Shown here: piece after piece, positions 33,773 through 44,647 of the stretch
How the letters are laid out: each line of letters starts with the position of its first letter
How positions within the stretch are numbered: the first letter of the stretch is position 1
Virus record (IMG/VR): IMGVR_UViG_3300037515_000764
Reading direction: 5' to 3' (one strand)
Source: an uncultured virus (IMG/VR IMGVR_UViG_3300037515_000764)
Taxonomy: Duplodnaviria; Heunggongvirae; Uroviricota; Caudoviricetes
Length of the DNA stretch: 64,000 bases
Translations under genes and position numbers: made by a program
Notes under the pieces: model-generated
What the model saw: only the letters and a program-made list of their open reading frames with translations
The model's database searches: none
Told to the model about the DNA's origin: nothing

Positions 33773-36634
33773 ATGTGCAATCATCCTAGTTTACATACTC
33801 ATAGTACATTCGGCTTTTCAGACGGTGCAGATTCGCCTTATGACTTAGCCAAAAATGCCGCTAAACTTGGTGCGACTGCTTTAGCTATAACTGAACACGG
33901 TACACTAGGCTCAATGGTTGCCCACGAAAAAGCATGTAAATCATTCGGCCTAAAACATATCTTTGGTAACGAAATGTATATTTTAATTGATGAAGAACGT
34001 TACCATTTAACAGTTTTGGCGCAAAATCAAGTTGGTGTTGAAAACCTTATTAGAATTAATAATCTTTCGCATTTAAACAGATTTAAAAATAGACCATGTT
34101 TAACCTACGAACAATTATTTGAGCATAACGAAGGATTGATTGTTCTTTCAGGTTGTATAGCGTCACCGTTTCAGGCGATGTCAGAAGATGATTCATTTAA
34201 GTTGGCTGAAGAGTTTGTAAATGTTTTTAATGATAGATTTTACGCAGAAACGATGCTTTTCAACAGAGATAGTCAGCATTATAATCGCGCTGTAGATTTA
34301 TCTAAAAGATTTAATATCAAACCAGTTTTTACAAATGACGTTCACCGTGTAGATAAGCAATTTGCCGATGAACACTACGAATTTTGTAGAATTAATTCAG
34401 GTTTTGCTTACGATGTTAGCCAACTGTATATGAAAACAGACGATGAATTGCTTGACTTAGCGAACGGTCTAGGAATTGATTTAAGTGAACCTATTCGAAA
34501 TGCTAAACTTTTAGCTGATAGCATCGAACAAACGACTATTTTACGCGAACCAGTTTTGCCAAAAGTTGATGATGCTAAAAAGAAATTGTCTATCAAAACT
34601 TTTAAATGGTTAAATAAAGAATTCCCGTTTGAAAGCGAAGAAAAGAAAAAATATAAAGAGCGGTTAAATAAGGAATTAAGTGTAATAGATGAAATGGGAA
34701 CAAATTCTTATTTCATTTTGTTAGACGAAATGTTAGAGTATTGTCGCGAAAACGGCATTAAAACAGGGTTTGGAAGAGGTTCCGGCGTGGGGTCGTTAAC
34801 ACTTTTTGCGCTAGGTGCTACTAAAGTTGACCCATTTGGACATGGCTTAATCTTTGAACGTTTTATGCACAAGCAGCGCGAAGGTTTACCCGATGTAGAT
34901 ACGGATATTCCAAATGATAGACGCGATGAATTTTTAGATTGGGTTAAGACGAAATATAATGCTGAACAAATTGCAACGCATTCTCATTATTCTTTTGCTA
35001 GTTGTATACAATATATATCACGCAATTTTGGTTTCTCTAAGGAGTTAGAAAATAGTCTAAAAATGTTAGGCGGTTTGTCACAGGATGAAATGTACGAACA
35101 TCCAACTTGGTTAGAAGCTTGCAAAAAAGAGCCGCGTTTACCGCGTTTATTCGAATTTATGATTGATAAAGTTAAAGGTTTAGGGCAACATGCAGGTGGT
35201 ATCGTTTTACTACCAGACGGTTTATTGCTACCAATTGAATCAACGGCAGATAAAAAAGGTTTGCAAATAGCTTTCGACAAAAAAGACGTTGAAGATGCAG
35301 GCGGGGTTAAGTTTGATTTCTTAGGCGTTAAAAACATGGCGTTAATAGCACTTTGCGAAAAATTGACGGGCGTAGAAGCCCCACATCCGTTAGATATACA
35401 AAAAGATGACCCAATGTGGGAACAGTTCGCAAACGGTCAAACAAGCGGTGTTTTTCAGTTATCTACACCAACTGCAATCGAGCTTTGTAAAAATGTAAAA
35501 CCAACAACTGTAGACGAATTAGCTGAAATTTCCGCATTGAATAGACCATCGGCTTTAGGTTCGGGGTTAGCTAGCGAATATCATATTTTAAAGTCTAATC
35601 CGCGCAAATTCGGTCATGCTTTAGTTGATGATATTTTGAAAACAACAGGCGGAATTATTCTTTTTGAAGAACAAATGATGTCAATTGTTCAGTGTTTCAC
35701 GGGCGGTGATTTTTCCGATGCGGATATGGCGCGTAGGTTAGTTACGAAGTTTTATAACTTTAAAGGCGAGAAAAAAGGCGAAGCGGTTAAGCAAATTGAA
35801 GAACTCAGAAATAGATTTGTTGAAGGAGCTTTTGCGCAAGGCGTTTCACGTAGTATTTCAATGGCTGTTTGGGAAGACATTCAAAACTATGTTAGATACG
35901 GTTTTAATAAATCTCATGCAACGGCTTATGCTTACAACAGTACAGTGAACGCTTGGTATCGTTATTATCATCCAGTGGAATTCTTTACAGCTTGTATGAA
36001 CATTGATGACAAAGTTAACGCGGTGCAGTATATTTTTGATGCAATTAATATGGGCGTTGAAGTTAAACCTCCGAATATTTTAAATCCGTCTGATTCTTGG
36101 ACAACTGATGGCGAAACTATCTTTGCGCCTTTAACTTCAGTTAAGTTTTTGTCAGAAAAAGCTGTTGAAGATATTATGGAAAATGCGCCATTCGAAAACA
36201 AAAAAGATTTCAATGACAGAACAACAACTCGATTGACAAATAAGAGAATTAAGAAATCTTTGTTTATGGTCGGCGCGTTAGCTGATTTGGAAGGTGATTA
36301 TTCAGATTTGGGTTTAAAGGATAAAGATTTCGAGGATTGCCGTTTTGAAATTGGAAGTTTTAAGGCAAGGCAAATGTTTATGAACGAAGTAATTCCGACT
36401 AAAAACGTTGTTAAGTGGATACAAGAATATAGTGGAATAGCTGGTATTGTTACGAAGGTTAAAAAGAAGAAGTCTGATTATGGCGCGTATCGTTCTTATC
36501 TAACTACACCGCATACTGATATGGGCGTTTGGATGCGCGAAACAGATGGACTTTTAGAGGTTGGAGATTGTGTTAGATTGAATCTGAAGAAAGATAACAA
36601 TAAGATTTTATCTTTTGAACATTATGGAGAGTAA
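33773..36634 (+). CDS. dnaE: DNA polymerase III alpha subunit (family C)
   Basis: PHP LHTHS..SDG, ITEHG; GRGSGVGS; catalytic PDVDTD; HAGG; KFDFLG; YGFNKSHA. Confidence 0.95.
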   Translation: MCNHPSLHTHSTFGFSDGADSPYDLAKNAAKLGATALAITEHGTLGSMVAHEKACKSFGLKHIFGNEMYILIDEERYHLTVLAQNQVGVENLIRINNLSHLNRFKNRPCLTYEQLFEHNEGLIVLSGCIASPFQAMSEDDSFKLAEEFVNVFNDRFYAETMLFNRDSQHYNRAVDLSKRFNIKPVFTNDVHRVDKQFADEHYEFCRINSGFAYDVSQLYMKTDDELLDLANGLGIDLSEPIRNAKLLADSIEQTTILREPVLPKVDDAKKKLSIKTFKWLNKEFPFESEEKKKYKERLNKELSVIDEMGTNSYFILLDEMLEYCRENGIKTGFGRGSGVGSLTLFALGATKVDPFGHGLIFERFMHKQREGLPDVDTDIPNDRRDEFLDWVKTKYNAEQIATHSHYSFASCIQYISRNFGFSKELENSLKMLGGLSQDEMYEHPTWLEACKKEPRLPRLFEFMIDKVKGLGQHAGGIVLLPDGLLLPIESTADKKGLQIAFDKKDVEDAGGVKFDFLGVKNMALIALCEKLTGVEAPHPLDIQKDDPMWEQFANGQTSGVFQLSTPTAIELCKNVKPTTVDELAEISALNRPSALGSGLASEYHILKSNPRKFGHALVDDILKTTGGIILFEEQMMSIVQCFTGGDFSDADMARRLVTKFYNFKGEKKGEAVKQIEELRNRFVEGAFAQGVSRSISMAVWEDIQNYVRYGFNKSHATAYAYNSTVNAWYRYYHPVEFFTACMNIDDKVNAVQYIFDAINMGVEVKPPNILNPSDSWTTDGETIFAPLTSVKFLSEKAVEDIMENAPFENKKDFNDRTTTRLTNKRIKKSLFMVGALADLEGDYSDLGLKDKDFEDCRFEIGSFKARQMFMNEVIPTKNVVKWIQEYSGIAGIVTKVKKKKSDYGAYRSYLTTPHTDMGVWMRETDGLLEVGDCVRLNLKKDNNKILSFEHYGE

Positions 36635-36636
36635 AA

Positions 36637-37041
36637 ATGACAATAGTTAAAACGACTAGAACAACATATACTTTGAATTGCCCTGTTTGTGGTTTTGACA
36701 GTGACCCAATAGAAGATGTATCCAAAGTTGATGGTTGGGTAATTAAAGGTAAAGAATGTTTTCATGAAGAGTGTGCGCCTAGATGCAAAATAGACGGATG
36801 CGAAGCGTTTACAAAAAGTTTAAATTATTCTTACTGTGGAAATAACCATGAGAACAAGGCCGCATTTTACCATGAAGATGCCGTAACAGTTCTAAAACTA
36901 AATAAATGTATTATTAAAGATTGTAAAGATGAATATACCGGAGCAGATTTCTATATCGGGCGTTATCGTGGCGAAGAAACTTATCGCTTTTTAGAAGACG
37001 CTTATGATGTAATAAGTTTTATTAATGGTGCTTTGAAATGA
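36637..37041 (+). CDS. Zinc-ribbon protein
   Basis: CPVC...C.HEEC...C...C...YC. Confidence 0.7.
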   Translation: MTIVKTTRTTYTLNCPVCGFDSDPIEDVSKVDGWVIKGKECFHEECAPRCKIDGCEAFTKSLNYSYCGNNHENKAAFYHEDAVTVLKLNKCIIKDCKDEYTGADFYIGRYRGEETYRFLEDAYDVISFINGALK

Positions 37042-37232
37042 TACCTAACTATAAAAGAAAATTTGTGGCGGTTGTTTTCTATCTAAACTTCAAATGGAAA
37101 GTCGCCACTACAAAAACTAAACAATTCGAAACAAGAGAAGAAGCCGAAAAATGGGCTAACGAATTCTTAGCTGATAAGATTGGTTTTATTAAAGAAATAC
37201 GCAGAAAGGAAATAACAGACATTGTTGACTAA
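37038..37232 (+). CDS. Small AP2-like/Arm DNA-binding protein
   Basis: KTKQFETREEAEKW motif. Confidence 0.5.
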   Translation: MIPNYKRKFVAVVFYLNFKWKVATTKTKQFETREEAEKWANEFLADKIGFIKEIRRKEITDIVD

Positions 37233-38541
37233 TCAACTATTAAGCTCTATTCTTAGACGGGAAGACGGTGTTAAATTTTTTGTAGATAATTTCCCGATGA
37301 AAGAGATAGAAACCTTTGATTTACAAGATTCGTCTTTTTTATCTGTTGCTCTTTTCATAAACCAATTTTATCAGCAATATAACTTTTACCCAGATGTTAA
37401 AGATTTTCTAGGTGAGAGATTGGAAGACGAAGATGAATATGAAAAACGACAAGAGATATTTGGTTTCATTGAAGACTTTTCATCTAATAATGATTTCGAC
37501 AACGATTCTCTAACTGAAATTAAGAGGGAATTTTACGCACATAAACATCAATATCTTTTAAAGAATATTGTTGATGAAATGTCTGTCAGAATTGCTGATG
37601 GAATGCCGATTGATAAGACACAAGCCTTGCAGATTTTACGACAAGCTTATGTTGAAGGCTTAGGCGCACAAAGAAACTTTGGGTCTGTCGATGGAACAGA
37701 TTATAAAAAAGGCGTTTCGCGTATTGTTTTTCCGATGTCTACTTTGGATTCGGCAACCGGTTCATTTTACGGCGAAGAGTTGTTCATTCTAGCGGGCGCA
37801 ACTGGTTCTGGTAAAACTTTCCAGCTAATAGATATTGGCGTAAAATGCGCTTTCATGGGATATAAGGTTCTGTTACTATCCTTTGAAATGTCTTGGGATG
37901 ATTTAAATTTAAGAGCACTTTCTTGCATTGGCGAATTTTCTACTTTAGGCGTTCGGAAGAGAATTGAAAAAGATATTACAGCTTCATCTGTTGCTCGATT
38001 AATCTATAATGAAACGTGTGTTGGTGTTTTGGATATGCCAGACGATTATTTTGATAATATGCAACAGGTCGAAGATTTAATTCTTTCTAATGACTACGAT
38101 TTAATTTTATTAGACTCGCCTTATTTGGCTTCTCAAAAACAAGATAAAAATACACAGGGTTGGGAAGCTAAAGATGATTTAGTTAAGAATTTGAAGAAGT
38201 TGGCTAGACGTACCAAAAAGCCGATTTTATGCACTATGCAAGTTTCCGGTAGTAAGATGAACGGTTTAGATATTGATAATGTTAGCAAAGAAGATTTAGC
38301 TTTTGCTAAAAGCATGACGTTTCACGCAGATTTCGTTGGGATTATGGTCAAAGAAAGTTTTGAAGATAAGCCAATTCATTTAATGCGAACTAAATTTGTT
38401 AAGAATCGACATGGCGAAGAAAATTTAATTATCGAAGCCGAAGCCAATTTTGCGCAAGGCAATATAATCTACGAAAATGAAAAGAGATATTCAGAATTCC
38501 TAAGAGAATTACCTAAAGAGAGGAGAGCTTTATGCCTTTAG
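37222..38541 (+). CDS. dnaB: DnaB-like replicative helicase
   Basis: GATGSGKT, SFEM, ILLDS, KNRHG. Confidence 0.88.
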   Translation: MLTNQLLSSILRREDGVKFFVDNFPMKEIETFDLQDSSFLSVALFINQFYQQYNFYPDVKDFLGERLEDEDEYEKRQEIFGFIEDFSSNNDFDNDSLTEIKREFYAHKHQYLLKNIVDEMSVRIADGMPIDKTQALQILRQAYVEGLGAQRNFGSVDGTDYKKGVSRIVFPMSTLDSATGSFYGEELFILAGATGSGKTFQLIDIGVKCAFMGYKVLLLSFEMSWDDLNLRALSCIGEFSTLGVRKRIEKDITASSVARLIYNETCVGVLDMPDDYFDNMQQVEDLILSNDYDLILLDSPYLASQKQDKNTQGWEAKDDLVKNLKKLARRTKKPILCTMQVSGSKMNGLDIDNVSKEDLAFAKSMTFHADFVGIMVKESFEDKPIHLMRTKFVKNRHGEENLIIEAEANFAQGNIIYENEKRYSEFLRELPKERRALCL

Positions 38542-39419
38542 TTTTTAAAGATTATTCTAAAAAACCACAGAGTTATGACCCTAAAGCTCTCGGATTATTC
38601 GTTGGTGCGATTATGGACGACGGAAAGTTCAAAGTTCGTTGTCCTTTTCACCATGATAATAACCCTTCGGCGATTTTCTATTCTAAGACGGGTATTTTAA
38701 AATGCTTTAAATGTTCGCCCGAAGGAAGAGATTTTTATATTTTAAAAGAAATCCTAGAAGAAACAAATGGTGAAATAATTGACGGCGGTGAAGTTACTGA
38801 GATTATAAAAGAGGAAATTGATTTAAAAAATTTTCTTAAGAATCCACTGGCTTTCGGCAACGAATATTTGAAAGAGCGCTTGGTAACAGATGAACAAGTA
38901 GAAGAATTTGCAATTCGGGAAGACAAAGAGAACATTTACTTGACATTCGATAACGGTTGTGATATAATAGGATATAAGGCGCGAACACTAGTAGGAAGAA
39001 AACCTAAGTATTTGTTGTTCGGTGAACCACCTTTAATATATCCTATGAATATAGATTTCGAGAAGACGGCTATTTTTGTCGAAGGTGAATTTGGCGCGTT
39101 ACGTGGTCGCTTATACGGTTATAATACATATGCCGTTATGGGTGCTGGTAATTTCCGCTCTAAACGTTTTTTAAATCTATTGCAACGCTTTAAACAAGCT
39201 TTTATTTTAGCCGATTATGATGTTGCGGGTTATGAATCAATTTATAGGATTTTTAATAAGGTTCCCATGAATACTAGGTTTTTATTTTTCGAAAATTGCC
39301 CTGATGAAATGCTACAGGAGGATTGGTCTCATGCGTTAAATAATGTTTTGCCTAGTAAGGGGAAAATTAAAAATGTATTACAGATTTTACGCAATATCGA
39401 AAATATTAATAATAGTTAG
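38532..39419 (+). CDS. dnaG: DNA primase (CHC2 zinc finger + TOPRIM)
   Basis: CPFHHDNNPS..CFKC, VEGEFG, DYDVAG. Confidence 0.85.
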   Translation: MPLVFKDYSKKPQSYDPKALGLFVGAIMDDGKFKVRCPFHHDNNPSAIFYSKTGILKCFKCSPEGRDFYILKEILEETNGEIIDGGEVTEIIKEEIDLKNFLKNPLAFGNEYLKERLVTDEQVEEFAIREDKENIYLTFDNGCDIIGYKARTLVGRKPKYLLFGEPPLIYPMNIDFEKTAIFVEGEFGALRGRLYGYNTYAVMGAGNFRSKRFLNLLQRFKQAFILADYDVAGYESIYRIFNKVPMNTRFLFFENCPDEMLQEDWSHALNNVLPSKGKIKNVLQILRNIENINNS

Positions 39420-39533
39420 TTTAATAGCTATTCTTAATAATATTGTTTTTCTTCAACAAGCAAGTTTTCTTATGAATTCATTTGTTTTTACTGTTAGCAC
39501 GATTTATATAAGAATATACGAAAGAGGTTAAAT

Positions 39534-40553
39534 TTGGGATTACAGACAGACGACTTTATTGAAGTTTTAATTGAGGAAGAGATAGGCGAAAAACCAACCA
39601 AAGAATCCTTGAAAGAACAGGGGATAGGACAAAGAAACTGGCTTTATACTGTTTCAGATGTAATTGTTAATTTTACATCGGTTTTATTTCTTGTTCTTTC
39701 TGAGGTTTTGCAAAGCGTTGGTGTTTTTATATTGTTAGGTTTTTTTGCTGTTGTCGAAGGGCTTAGAATTTTTAGTGGTTCGATGGCTTTAGGACAAAGT
39801 GAAGAGGTCTCTATTCTTTTCGCTATTGCATTAGTTTCCTTTAATATATGGGAAGCTAATAATGCGGGGCGTGAAATCAAGGGCGATTTTATAACCTACA
39901 TGACTTTTACGTTACGCGGATTTGCTGAAAGCGTTTTAGCTTTTATTTTTGGAAAATCAAAAGAGCAAAAACGTAGCGTATATTCGACTTCTCTGGGTAA
40001 GAACGCTAGCGCCATTATCTTTATGGCAACTGTTCTCTTCTCAATCTTTGACTTAGTTTTTCCAATTATTCAAAAAATATCTGAAGATGGAGATGCTTGG
40101 TACGTTGGCATTGGAAAGTTCTTAACCGAATCAACTGCTGAAGAGTTCTTTCTTTTAGCGCAAGGCACAATGGCAAGTTTCGGCGCGGTATTAGTTTTGC
40201 GTTATGTATCTTGGATTATGGCCCAACGTGGCAACCGTGAAAAACCAGTTGACGTTAATACTGTTTTGAAAGAGGAAGTCTCTAAATACGAACAAAGCCG
40301 CAAAGAAATAGAAAAGAAATTACTCTCTGCATCAAATAACGTATTTTATGACGATTTGAATACAGATGGAAAACCATTTGCCATCGTTTTAGATAACGAG
40401 GTTAAGAATTATAGTACACCTAGAGGTATGAAGAGAGCTATTAAGCCATTAGACCAAATGCTTGAAAAGGGTATGATAACAGAACAAGAGCACAAAATTA
40501 TGAAGCATAAGATTTTAAATGCGGAAAGAATGTTAGAAGATGAAATGGAATAA
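39534..40553 (+). CDS. Multi-pass membrane protein
   Basis: 339 aa with ~4-5 hydrophobic segments. Confidence 0.75.
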   Translation: MGLQTDDFIEVLIEEEIGEKPTKESLKEQGIGQRNWLYTVSDVIVNFTSVLFLVLSEVLQSVGVFILLGFFAVVEGLRIFSGSMALGQSEEVSILFAIALVSFNIWEANNAGREIKGDFITYMTFTLRGFAESVLAFIFGKSKEQKRSVYSTSLGKNASAIIFMATVLFSIFDLVFPIIQKISEDGDAWYVGIGKFLTESTAEEFFLLAQGTMASFGAVLVLRYVSWIMAQRGNREKPVDVNTVLKEEVSKYEQSRKEIEKKLLSASNNVFYDDLNTDGKPFAIVLDNEVKNYSTPRGMKRAIKPLDQMLEKGMITEQEHKIMKHKILNAERMLEDEME

Positions 40554-40755
40554 CATAGGAGATAAATTATATAAGGCGCGGTTAGAAAAAGGGATGTCTC
40601 AAATAGATGTCTCTTACGCCGCTGGTCTTGGTAAAAACACTTACCCAAACATAGAAAATCATTTTTTAAATACAGGTGAGTTACGAGGTAATTTCAAAAC
40701 AATAATGAAGATAGCGAATGCTTTAGAAGTAGAGGTTCATTTTGAAAAACCTTGA
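40540..40755 (+). CDS. XRE-family HTH transcriptional regulator
   Basis: LYKARLEKGMSQ..V...AGL......IEN...TIMKIANALEV. Confidence 0.85.
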   Translation: MKWNNIGDKLYKARLEKGMSQIDVSYAAGLGKNTYPNIENHFLNTGELRGNFKTIMKIANALEVEVHFEKP

Positions 40756-40892
40756 GGAAGAACTTATTAGATTGTCTAAAGAATACAATTTAGAAATAGT
40801 TAAAACTAAGATTTATCATTTTAACGGTAAACCTTGGGTAGAAGTATTAGGTTTTGTAATAGATGAATTCAAAATCAATACAAAATAAAAAG

Positions 40893-40929
40893 AAAAACTA
40901 GTAGCTAAATTAATAGCTACTAGTTTTTT
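40893..40929. terminator. Bidirectional terminator between replication and virion modules
   Basis: AAAAACTAGTAGCTA-N6-TAGCTACTAGTTTTT. Confidence 0.8.
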
Positions 40930-40934
40930 GTTAT

Positions 40935-41264
40935 CTATTCAGTTTTTTCTAAAATTTTAAGAATTATATTTGCAACTAAATCTTTCAAATATTCCTTTTG
41001 TTCTACTGTTAAATCTAACTCAACATCAATACCGATTTGACGCTCTATAAATGCCTCAACCTCTTCATCAATTACGTCGTAAAAGCTATCAAAGAAAATT
41101 TCAACAGCATCTAACAAAAATGTTTCTAAACCGAAATACAAAAGAGTACCTACCGCTAACAAAGTCGGAACCATGTATTCCCTGTAAGGCTCTAAATCGG
41201 GTACAACTTGTATGATGAATGCCACAATAAACATAGAAATATTTAATAAACGTTCTTTAGTCAT
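40935..41264 (-). CDS. Holin-like small membrane protein
   Basis: Two N-terminal hydrophobic helices; last gene of the tail operon. Confidence 0.45.
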   Translation of the reverse strand: MTKERLLNISMFIVAFIIQVVPDLEPYREYMVPTLLAVGTLLYFGLETFLLDAVEIFFDSFYDVIDEEVEAFIERQIGIDVELDLTVEQKEYLKDLVANIILKILEKTE

Positions 41265-41267
41265 TTT

Positions 41268-42200
41268 TTACCTCGTTCTAATAGTTGCTTGTAAATGTCT
41301 GTGTGAGAAAACCCAGCGCCAATCAATTGATGGGTTTGTTGTTGCTGTACCTGTTGCTGTTATATTAAATGAATAATTAATTGTTCCATTACCAGTTGCG
41401 ATGAAGTTCTTACCTATAAAAATATCGGCGTTATCTCTCAAATTGCCACAACCGATTGTCTTATTAACAGCACCTGTTAAAACGATTTGCATTGTAACGG
41501 AATCTACTGGATTAGTCGCAAAAGCGTATTGGTCGATATAATATTGGAGAAGACCGCGTACATCTACTTCATCTCCAATTGAAACAGTTAAAGGTGTATC
41601 GCCCGATGTTGCTGTACCAGAAGAATAAAGAATACCCGAAGCAACAGATGTAGAGACAGGTGTTTGACCATTAACAATTAGGTTTGTTTTGTTAACTACA
41701 TCTTGGATAGCAACTCTAACTGTGCCACTTTGAGAAAACCAATTTAAGCCCGAATCATCAGTTTCATAAAAAGCACCCGTAGACCTAATTCCTACTAAAG
41801 CATGGTCTGAAATATTGCCACTAAACAAAGCTAAAAGTTCGGCATTAGTCGGATTTTGGTCGTCAACAAAGTTACTCGAAAGGCCAGTTCTATATTCTAA
41901 ATTCCCTGAGAATGGCTCCCAGACCCCATTATTATTTCTAACATAGAGTTCATTAATAGTTCCATCTACGTTTAAAAGAACTTGTATGTCTCCGCATTCA
42001 GGCTCACAACCCGTTATTGTTTGCCAATTGGAATCATCAATAGTCGAGCCGCTAGCCGTACAAACTATTTCTTCGAAGCAATTTTCGCAGAGATAGGTTA
42101 AGATGTCTACTATTGCTTGGCCTAAAAGATGATTTTGACAGTTGATAGATAAGAGTTCATCTGCATCAATTGTTGAAACATTTTCACAAACTACAGCCAT
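41268..42200 (-). CDS. Tail fibre/receptor-binding-like protein
   Basis: Position; shares N-terminus and an internal repeat with 42212-44629. Confidence 0.55.
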   Translation of the reverse strand: MAVVCENVSTIDADELLSINCQNHLLGQAIVDILTYLCENCFEEIVCTASGSTIDDSNWQTITGCEPECGDIQVLLNVDGTINELYVRNNNGVWEPFSGNLEYRTGLSSNFVDDQNPTNAELLALFSGNISDHALVGIRSTGAFYETDDSGLNWFSQSGTVRVAIQDVVNKTNLIVNGQTPVSTSVASGILYSSGTATSGDTPLTVSIGDEVDVRGLLQYYIDQYAFATNPVDSVTMQIVLTGAVNKTIGCGNLRDNADIFIGKNFIATGNGTINYSFNITATGTATTNPSIDWRWVFSHRHLQATIRTR

Positions 42201-42211
42201 ATTCTATCTCC

Positions 42212-44629
42212 TTAATCGTTTATTGCAATATCAACTTCATCAGCACCAGCAGCAACAGCCGAAGCACCAGTTAGTGCATAAATGCTATTTGTTGTGGAGA
42301 AGCCGACATTTTTATTCGCTGTTAAACTATAGCCGTTTCTGACTGTTATGTTTGCTAAAGTTCCTTGATTGCTATTTCCCGTAATTGTACCTGTATTTTG
42401 TGCGATTATATTGTTCATAGAACCAGTAACAGCAACATTAGAAAAAGTTATGCTAGAATTATTTTCAGCTACTAAGTTTGATAACGAAGACGGCGACGAA
42501 GAGCCTAGAGCAATATTTGAATTATTTATAGCTCTTACGCCGTTGAAATTGGTTAATAACGTTGCAGCACCAGCGTTTATTATACTCTTTGTATGTGCAA
42601 TCCACCCCCACATAACAGCCGGAACACCACCAGAAGCCGAACTAGCACCTGTTAAAGCTATGAAACTGTTCGCTTTTGCTTCGAAATTACGAATAGTCAA
42701 ATCTGAACAGGTTTCCACTTCAATAGATGAATCTTGAGAAATAATGCAACTATTTACAACACAGCCAATACTTTCGTTCGCATTGATATTTCCATCAATT
42801 AGATTACAATTTGAAACATTTAAATCGTCAGCTTCATCAAAAACGATAAAAGCTTCTTCTCTTAGATTGTTATTATCTATAGTCAAATCGTTATATTGGT
42901 CAACAGCGTTTTCGATATAAGACGAATCAGATAGAAAGTTATTGCTAATTATTCTGTTATCAAGTGTTGTCATACCATTTAAAGTTATATAAGATAATTT
43001 TCTCAGGTCGTTGGAATCTAAAATCGCATAAACACTTGCTATATTAACAGTTGAATTTCGTACTAACGTGTTACTAGAGAAGGAACCTAAAAAGCCAGCG
43101 CCATTAATAGTAGAACCTTGTTTTACAATATTACTAACTGCTAAAGCGCCTGTCAAACATCCACTAAAATCAACGGAAACTTGGCCTGTATATACATTGT
43201 CTCTCGATATAAAGCCGTCACAGTTCGTATAATCTACATCTGAAAAATATTTAATAGTATCAGAATGAGACCGTATATTATTACTTCCACTGGTGTCAAA
43301 CGTACTACCTTCATCAATATATAGACCTTCGATTTCGCCTGCTACTCCAAGTGTTACTGTGGCTCCTGTTAAAATTTTCGAATCGCTTAGGGCCAAACCG
43401 CTTGCACCGGAACCAATAACAGTACCGGAAATAGAACATTGGTTGATACTGCCAGTCCAACCGCCTGATAAAGTTATTGTTGCACCTCTAAAATCGTTGT
43501 TTCTAATTGTTCCACCGGAAGCATTTATAGTTATATCACTATCATAAACTTGGTTGCTGAAGAAATTGCTGCCAGCTAATGCGCCAACACTAAAAGCTAA
43601 TAAAACACTTTCTTCGTTGATAGTATTTCCATGCCAGTCGGAATTAAACCATAGAAACTCTTCGATATTTGAAGAACCGGCTACATCATTGCCAGCATCG
43701 TCCCAAAGTCTAACAACGTTATTAGTATTTACGTCATAAATTGCTTTAAATGTTTCGCCTGTTGGAGCGAGTACATACCCAGACGCATTAATAAAATCTG
43801 TATCAATTGCCTGAAAAATATAGGTAGAACCTGCTAAATCACCTGTTGCTAAATTTACAACGTCAGTAATTTCATATAAACAATTGATTGATAAGTCACT
43901 TGCACCTGCTAAAATCACAACACTGGCATATGTAGCTGATGTCAAACCACACGTCGAAATAGAAATACTGTTCCAAGTTGCACCGTCAAATGTGTAGTAA
44001 AAAGTATCATTACACGGATTATAAACGAAAGCACTTTGACTTGGCGTACTATCGGGAAATAAATCATTTAGTTCTGAATCAGTTGGATTATTTGGGTCAA
44101 CAAAAGTCGTTGCACAATCAGAAGAATCTATCGTTCTAAATTCTGTTTGAGAACCTACCATGTTCCAATTTGCGCCATTGACTGTTGCATAAAAAGAACC
44201 AGTGTTAGTATCAACAACTAAAGCATTTGTATTTGGTACGCCGCTTGTAAATAAAGCATTTAAATTTGCATCACTAGGCGATGTAACCGATGTATCTATG
44301 CTTCTAAACTCATTATTAAACGCGATTTGTGTCCAATTTGTTCCGCCGTTGCAAGTTATCCAAAGCGTAGGATTTGGACTATCTAATCTATAAACAACTG
44401 CGTATGTATCCGGCGTTGAACCATCAAAAAAGCCATTGAAATTTGCTGTTGGCTCACTATCCGGTACACATCTAAGGTTATTTGAGGTTGTCGTAATACC
44501 ACTACAAATAACTTCTGCTAAATATATTAAAGCCGTTTGAGTAGTGAAAATACTACAAGAATCAAGCGGCAAAATACCTTCATCTATTAGGCCATAAGCC
44601 CCGTCTGAATTTGTACAATCTAAAGGCAT
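42212..44629 (-). CDS. Tail fibre/spike with beta-helix-like C-terminus
   Basis: 805 aa, N/S/I/G-rich short repeats; downstream of the baseplate genes. Confidence 0.65.
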   Translation of the reverse strand: MPLDCTNSDGAYGLIDEGILPLDSCSIFTTQTALIYLAEVICSGITTTSNNLRCVPDSEPTANFNGFFDGSTPDTYAVVYRLDSPNPTLWITCNGGTNWTQIAFNNEFRSIDTSVTSPSDANLNALFTSGVPNTNALVVDTNTGSFYATVNGANWNMVGSQTEFRTIDSSDCATTFVDPNNPTDSELNDLFPDSTPSQSAFVYNPCNDTFYYTFDGATWNSISISTCGLTSATYASVVILAGASDLSINCLYEITDVVNLATGDLAGSTYIFQAIDTDFINASGYVLAPTGETFKAIYDVNTNNVVRLWDDAGNDVAGSSNIEEFLWFNSDWHGNTINEESVLLAFSVGALAGSNFFSNQVYDSDITINASGGTIRNNDFRGATITLSGGWTGSINQCSISGTVIGSGASGLALSDSKILTGATVTLGVAGEIEGLYIDEGSTFDTSGSNNIRSHSDTIKYFSDVDYTNCDGFISRDNVYTGQVSVDFSGCLTGALAVSNIVKQGSTINGAGFLGSFSSNTLVRNSTVNIASVYAILDSNDLRKLSYITLNGMTTLDNRIISNNFLSDSSYIENAVDQYNDLTIDNNNLREEAFIVFDEADDLNVSNCNLIDGNINANESIGCVVNSCIISQDSSIEVETCSDLTIRNFEAKANSFIALTGASSASGGVPAVMWGWIAHTKSIINAGAATLLTNFNGVRAINNSNIALGSSSPSSLSNLVAENNSSITFSNVAVTGSMNNIIAQNTGTITGNSNQGTLANITVRNGYSLTANKNVGFSTTNSIYALTGASAVAAGADEVDIAIND

Positions 44630-44647
44630 ATTGTATTCCTTTCTTTA

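Noticed and set aside
33773..39419. Inteins or introns in dnaE, helicase, primase
   Set aside because: Lengths are compact and motifs contiguous; no intein splice-junction motifs seen.
40540..40755. Lysogeny module
   Set aside because: The XRE gene has no integrase, att site or divergent repressor pair nearby; lifestyle cannot be settled from this window.
41268..44629. Diversity-generating retroelement
   Set aside because: No reverse transcriptase and no adenine-variant TR/VR pair noticed in this window.
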